Shown here: in pieces, positions 60,551 to 64,000 of the stretch | How the letters are laid out: each line of letters opens with the position of its first letter | How positions within the stretch are numbered: the stretch's first letter is position 1 | Assembly: GCA_013177815.1 (NCBI GenBank) | Contig: JABLXM010000001.1 | Coordinates: 15,380 to 79,379 of the forward strand | DNA: 64,000 nucleotides | Direction of reading: 5' to 3' | DNA from: Anaerolineae bacterium | GTDB lineage: Bacteria > Chloroflexota > Anaerolineae > Anaerolineales > Anaerolineaceae | Program-made: the position numbers and the translations under genes | Notes under the pieces: generated by a model | What the model was told of the DNA's origin: nothing | Seen by the model: only the letters and a program-made list of their open reading frames with translations | The model's database searches: none

Positions 60551-62107
60551 ATGAACCCATCCCGCCGCCCCCTGGACCTGCTGCCGCTGGCTTTCCCCGC
60601 CATTGCGCTGCTGACCTTTGGCGCCTGGCTGCGCACCACCATCAGCACGGCGGATGATTACGCCTTTCTGATGAACGGCATCGATGGGAACTATCAGGCA
60701 TACTGGCTGGAGGGTGTGCGCAATGGGCGCCTGCTCTACGGCATCATTCAGTACCTCTTCCTGCGGCTGGATTCACCCCAGGATTTCATCTTCAACCGCG
60801 CTTTGGGCATCCTCTTTCTCTCATTGTTCGGGTGGGCGGCTTACACTCACCTGCGCCGCACCGAAAGCGCCTTCTCCGCTTTCGCCATCGCACTGGCGCT
60901 GATGCTGCTGCCGGGCATGACCTTCAGCGTCGTCCTGTCGTCGATCTATTTCTACCCGCTGGCAGCCGTGCTTTCGCTGCCGGCGGCGCACCTGACCATG
61001 CAGGCAACCGCAACGCAGCCGCTCGCGCGGCGCTCCCTGCCGGCGCTGCTGCTCGCTACGCTGCTGCTGTTCGTCGGGATGATGATCTACCAGCCCTACA
61101 CGTTGCTGTTCTGGGCGTGGATCGGCTATCACCTGCTGCGCAATATCCGTGACCTGCGCGCCACCCGCCGCGTCTTTTTGGCGGCGCTGGCGGTCACCAT
61201 GGTCGCCCTGGGAACTGCCTATATCGTGATGGTCGGTTCGCAGGCGCTGCTGGGCGTGGCTGGGCGCACCGGGTTGGACCTGGGCGGCGAAAACCCGGTC
61301 ATTTACCTGCTCAAGTTCGTCAAGCCGGTCATCTTCGCACTCAACTTTTACCTCATCCGCGAAAGCAACATTGCGGTCAGCCTCTTCAGCCTGGGAGTGA
61401 TCCTGGCAGGCATGTTGCAGCGGCTGGCGGGTGTGCCGTGGCGCGAGCGCGCGCTCCAGGTCGCCATGCTGCTGGCGGTGCCGATGGTCACCATGGTGCC
61501 AAACATCCTGACCGGCAGCCACTACACCCCCTACCGCACCCAGGCGGGCATGGCAGCGACCTTTCTGCTCTATCTCTTCCTGGCGCTCAAAGCTCTGCTG
61601 GGGCGCGCCGCCAGCCCGCGCCGACGCTGGGCGGCAAAGGCGGCGACGACGGTCGCATTGGCGGCGATTGCGCTGAGTATGCGGCAGGCGCACCAGGATT
61701 ACCTCATCCGCCCCATAGAAACCGAGCGCGCCCTGATGAGCGGCGAACTGGCGCGCCTGACGGAGCAAACCAGCCGGGTGGATATCCTGCTGCCGGATGA
61801 GGGCGAATCGCTTTCGCCGGTATTCCTGTTCGAGTTCGGGCGCCCAGTCTCGTTCGCCGATTACGGCGCCACCAAGATGGCGCGCAGTGTCCTGATCGGA
61901 CAGGGCATCGACGCCGACCGACTAACGATCACCGGCATACCAACGGATACGCCGCCGCCCGCGCCCGACCGCCTGGTGATCGACATGGACGGGTTGATCG
62001 CCGAAAACGCCGTCACCGATCAGGTCAGAACCGACAAGCTGACGCCGGCGCTGGGCGGGCTGCGGGATTGGTTCACCGACCACGACCTGCTGCCTGCGCC
62101 GCAATGA
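60551..62107 (+). CDS. Polytopic membrane protein, glucosyltransferase-like (GT-C-like), function unknown
   Basis: 518 aa with about 10 TM segments followed by a soluble C-terminal domain. It weakly resembles Glucos_trans_II-type proteins. Confidence 0.45.
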   Translation: MNPSRRPLDLLPLAFPAIALLTFGAWLRTTISTADDYAFLMNGIDGNYQAYWLEGVRNGRLLYGIIQYLFLRLDSPQDFIFNRALGILFLSLFGWAAYTHLRRTESAFSAFAIALALMLLPGMTFSVVLSSIYFYPLAAVLSLPAAHLTMQATATQPLARRSLPALLLATLLLFVGMMIYQPYTLLFWAWIGYHLLRNIRDLRATRRVFLAALAVTMVALGTAYIVMVGSQALLGVAGRTGLDLGGENPVIYLLKFVKPVIFALNFYLIRESNIAVSLFSLGVILAGMLQRLAGVPWRERALQVAMLLAVPMVTMVPNILTGSHYTPYRTQAGMAATFLLYLFLALKALLGRAASPRRRWAAKAATTVALAAIALSMRQAHQDYLIRPIETERALMSGELARLTEQTSRVDILLPDEGESLSPVFLFEFGRPVSFADYGATKMARSVLIGQGIDADRLTITGIPTDTPPPAPDRLVIDMDGLIAENAVTDQVRTDKLTPALGGLRDWFTDHDLLPAPQ

Positions 62108-62288
62108 GGCTGCCCGCGCTACGCAGCGATAAACCCGCACCTCCAAAGACATCTCCACGTCTTTGCGGTTCAAATCCCCATCATACCACCCCACCCACCC
62201 TGTCATCGCGAGCCGCCGACTTCGGCGTTCGAGCACAGCCCCTTATTTGGGCATCATTCTCACACATGAGGAATTCGATATAATAATA

Positions 62289-62419
62289 AGTGGGTGTCCC
62301 AAAAGGGATTAATTCATCATGGCGCGGGGAGGAGTTTTTCATTGACAGGGGAGATGCTTCCCCCTGCGGGGACTTCGCGCTTCGCTCAGCATGACGAATC
62401 TGACTTTTGGGACAGCTCC
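62289..62419. repeat. MITE-like repeat, copy C (~131 bp, 10-bp perfect terminal inverted repeats)
   Basis: aagtgggtgtcccaaaag...cttttgggacagctc. GTCCCAAAAG (62297-62306) is the inverse of CTTTTGGGAC (62404-62413). Confidence 0.7.
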
Positions 62420-62668
62420 AGTAACCAGCGACTTAATTCGTAATCCGATCAATAGGAATCATCGCCGAATTTTAAGAATTTCAACCTTAGGAAACATAGA
62501 TCATGATGAGGAAAATGGGAGGGCATGAAAGAAAACGATCCATGATTGCGGTTATTGGCTTGGTTTAAACTACAGAAGGTCAGCGCTTGCTGACCTTCTC
62601 CCATAAGATATGCTCTAATGGGGCTGTAGATTTATTATAGCAAAACCATTCTAAACGTCAAGGGGTTT

Positions 62669-62938
62669 TTGATGAGCAAAAAGGCGATTGCGTACATCGA
62701 TGGTTTTAATCTGTACAGTGGCATAATGGACAAAGGATGGGGAAGTTTTCGCAGGTTATTCCCTGATATCTGTCGAATAATTGCGTTTCCGCCCGGGAGG
62801 AAAAATCCAGCATTATCACCCTATTGCGATAATTATTTAAACCTCGATATCACTCATTTTAGAAGTAATATATTATTGCCAGATCCGGTCATTAACCCAA
62901 GATCCGGTAAACAATATCGCAAGCCATTAACTTGGTAA
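62669..62938 (+). pseudogene. Internally deleted NYN (LabA/PIN-like) domain remnant
   Basis: The N-terminus KAIAYIDGFNLYSG is the NYN motif I. The C-terminus LLPDPVINPRSGKQYRKPLTW resembles NYN-protein C-termini. The catalytic middle (about 100+ aa) is missing and the context is AT-rich. Confidence 0.4.
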
Positions 62939-63270
62939 CGTATAGTGGACATGGGGTAATATTCCAGAGTGATAGCGATAAGAGGATTGACAATCAAACT
63001 GCCTTGGCTATAATACTATTAGCGGTCGAGAGGGCTGCATCAGGCGGTCCGTTCGCTGAGGCGACTCGGCTGCGTTCGTTTTTTGAGGCGGGGGTGAATT
63101 TCATGTGGCGAAATTTATCAGCGGATTAATTAGTAGTAAAACGGGGCGGCGTGCCGTTACTGCTGGTCGGCGGCTGGCTGTTACGGCACGGCTGGCATCG
63201 TGCAGCACAGCCCGGCAGCGCTCCTGCTGTCCCGCCCCTACGGCAGCCCAACCTCGGAGTTATTGTTATC

Positions 63271-63298
63271 CTCTGTGCCTTTGTGTCTCTGTGGTTGA
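63271..63298. repeat. CACAGAG-type intergenic repeat (reverse orientation)
   Basis: The reverse complement is tcaaccacagagacacaaaggcacagag, which matches 27449-27476 and 27549-27577 closely. It lies just 3' of the MFS gene. Confidence 0.55.
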
Positions 63299-63302
63299 TG
63301 CC

Positions 63303-64000
63303 TTACTGCGCCTGCGACGCCCGCTCCTCCAATTGGCGATGCAGCGCCTGGATATCCGCCGGGATGATGCGCGCCGCCAGCGCCAGAAAGATCACACAGA
63401 TGAACCACGTCGAGGTGCAGATCACCAGGATGGCGGTCGAAAGCGAGGTGGCATCGGCGATGATGCCTGCCAACAACGGCGCCAGCGCCGAGCCGCCGTA
63501 CTCGATGAAGTTCTGCGCCGCGTTGGCACTCGAACGCACCTCCGGCAGCGTCATATCGTAGATGGACGTGAGCACATTGGGCGAGCCGAACGGGATGAAG
63601 ATGGCTGTTGCCAACAGCAACGCAAAGAACCGCCCCTCCTGCCCCACCGGCGTGGTGATCGTCGCAAACATCAGCACCATCCCCATGAAAACCCCGAACA
63701 GCGCTACCAATACCCGCCCGCGCAGCGTCTTCTTGAACAGCCAATCGCCCAGTGCGCCTGCCAGTGGATAGCCGGCTGCCAGCACCAGCACCGCCGGCGC
63801 CATGGTGAACAGGATCGACTCCGAGGCGTAGCCGCGCTCCTCTTCCAGGTAGACGAAGAACCAGTAGGTGATCACATTCCACGGGAAGACGCCAAAGAAG
63901 CCCTGTATGAAAAGCAGCACCAGGCTGCGCTTCTTGAACATACCGCGCACTTCCTGCCAGGAGAACTTGAAGCGGCTCAGGTCTTCCACCTGTGCCAGTT
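63303..64000 (-). CDS. MFS transporter, C-terminal half (5' end beyond right window edge)
   Basis: The frame stays open to position 64000 upstream of the GTG at 63989. It has six hydrophobic helices and MFS-like loop motifs (GALGDWLFKKTLRGR). Confidence 0.75.
   Translation of the reverse strand, partial: LAQVEDLSRFKFSWQEVRGMFKKRSLVLLFIQGFFGVFPWNVITYWFFVYLEEERGYASESILFTMAPAVLVLAAGYPLAGALGDWLFKKTLRGRVLVALFGVFMGMVLMFATITTPVGQEGRFFALLLATAIFIPFGSPNVLTSIYDMTLPEVRSSANAAQNFIEYGGSALAPLLAGIIADATSLSTAILVICTSTWFICVIFLALAARIIPADIQALHRQLEERASQAQ

Overview
This is a high-GC bacterial chromosomal segment, about two thirds G+C in most genes by eye, densely coding on both strands. It has roughly 55 protein genes and several short AT-rich islets. 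I found no rRNA, tRNA or CRISPR array. Product names come from motifs I recognise in the supplied translations; no database search was possible. The taxon is a guess: gene content, the many lipobox proteins and the style of the intergenic repeats suggest a Chloroflexota/Anaerolineae-like genome.

Contents from left to right:
- a HepT/MntA toxin-antitoxin pair at the left edge
- an Lrp-permease-saccharopine dehydrogenase-aminotransferase cluster
- DegV next to PlsY
- a two-component system with DUF4956, VTC and a Cthe_2159-like protein
- DUF3160 and CapA
- PadR with two CPBP proteases
- a GH5 hydrolase coupled to a P-loop protein
- a small low-GC islet with two divergent, frameshifted genes
- an HhH-GPD glycosylase translationally coupled to an AMP-nucleosidase-like protein
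- a GAF-GGDEF cyclase
- an AOR/ALDH/ADH/FAD-oxidoreductase operon facing UbiD
- an ECF sigma/anti-sigma pair
- an IS3 relic, ribokinase, and PTS EI/HPr behind a MacAB-type ABC exporter
- an MFS gene running off the right edge

Most worth a second look:
1. the glycosylase + nucleosidase-like two-gene module (29891-32475)
2. the repeat-flanked decaying islet with an EVE-like/nuclease gene and a GNRNALKHG-motif gene (27430-29720)
3. the five-gene VTC/DUF4956/Cthe_2159 module with candidate response-regulator direct repeats
4. two dispersed intergenic repeat families, one MITE-like with terminal inverted repeats
5. sharp compositional breaks at 48.0-48.8 kb, 32.7-34.2 kb and 62.4-63.2 kb
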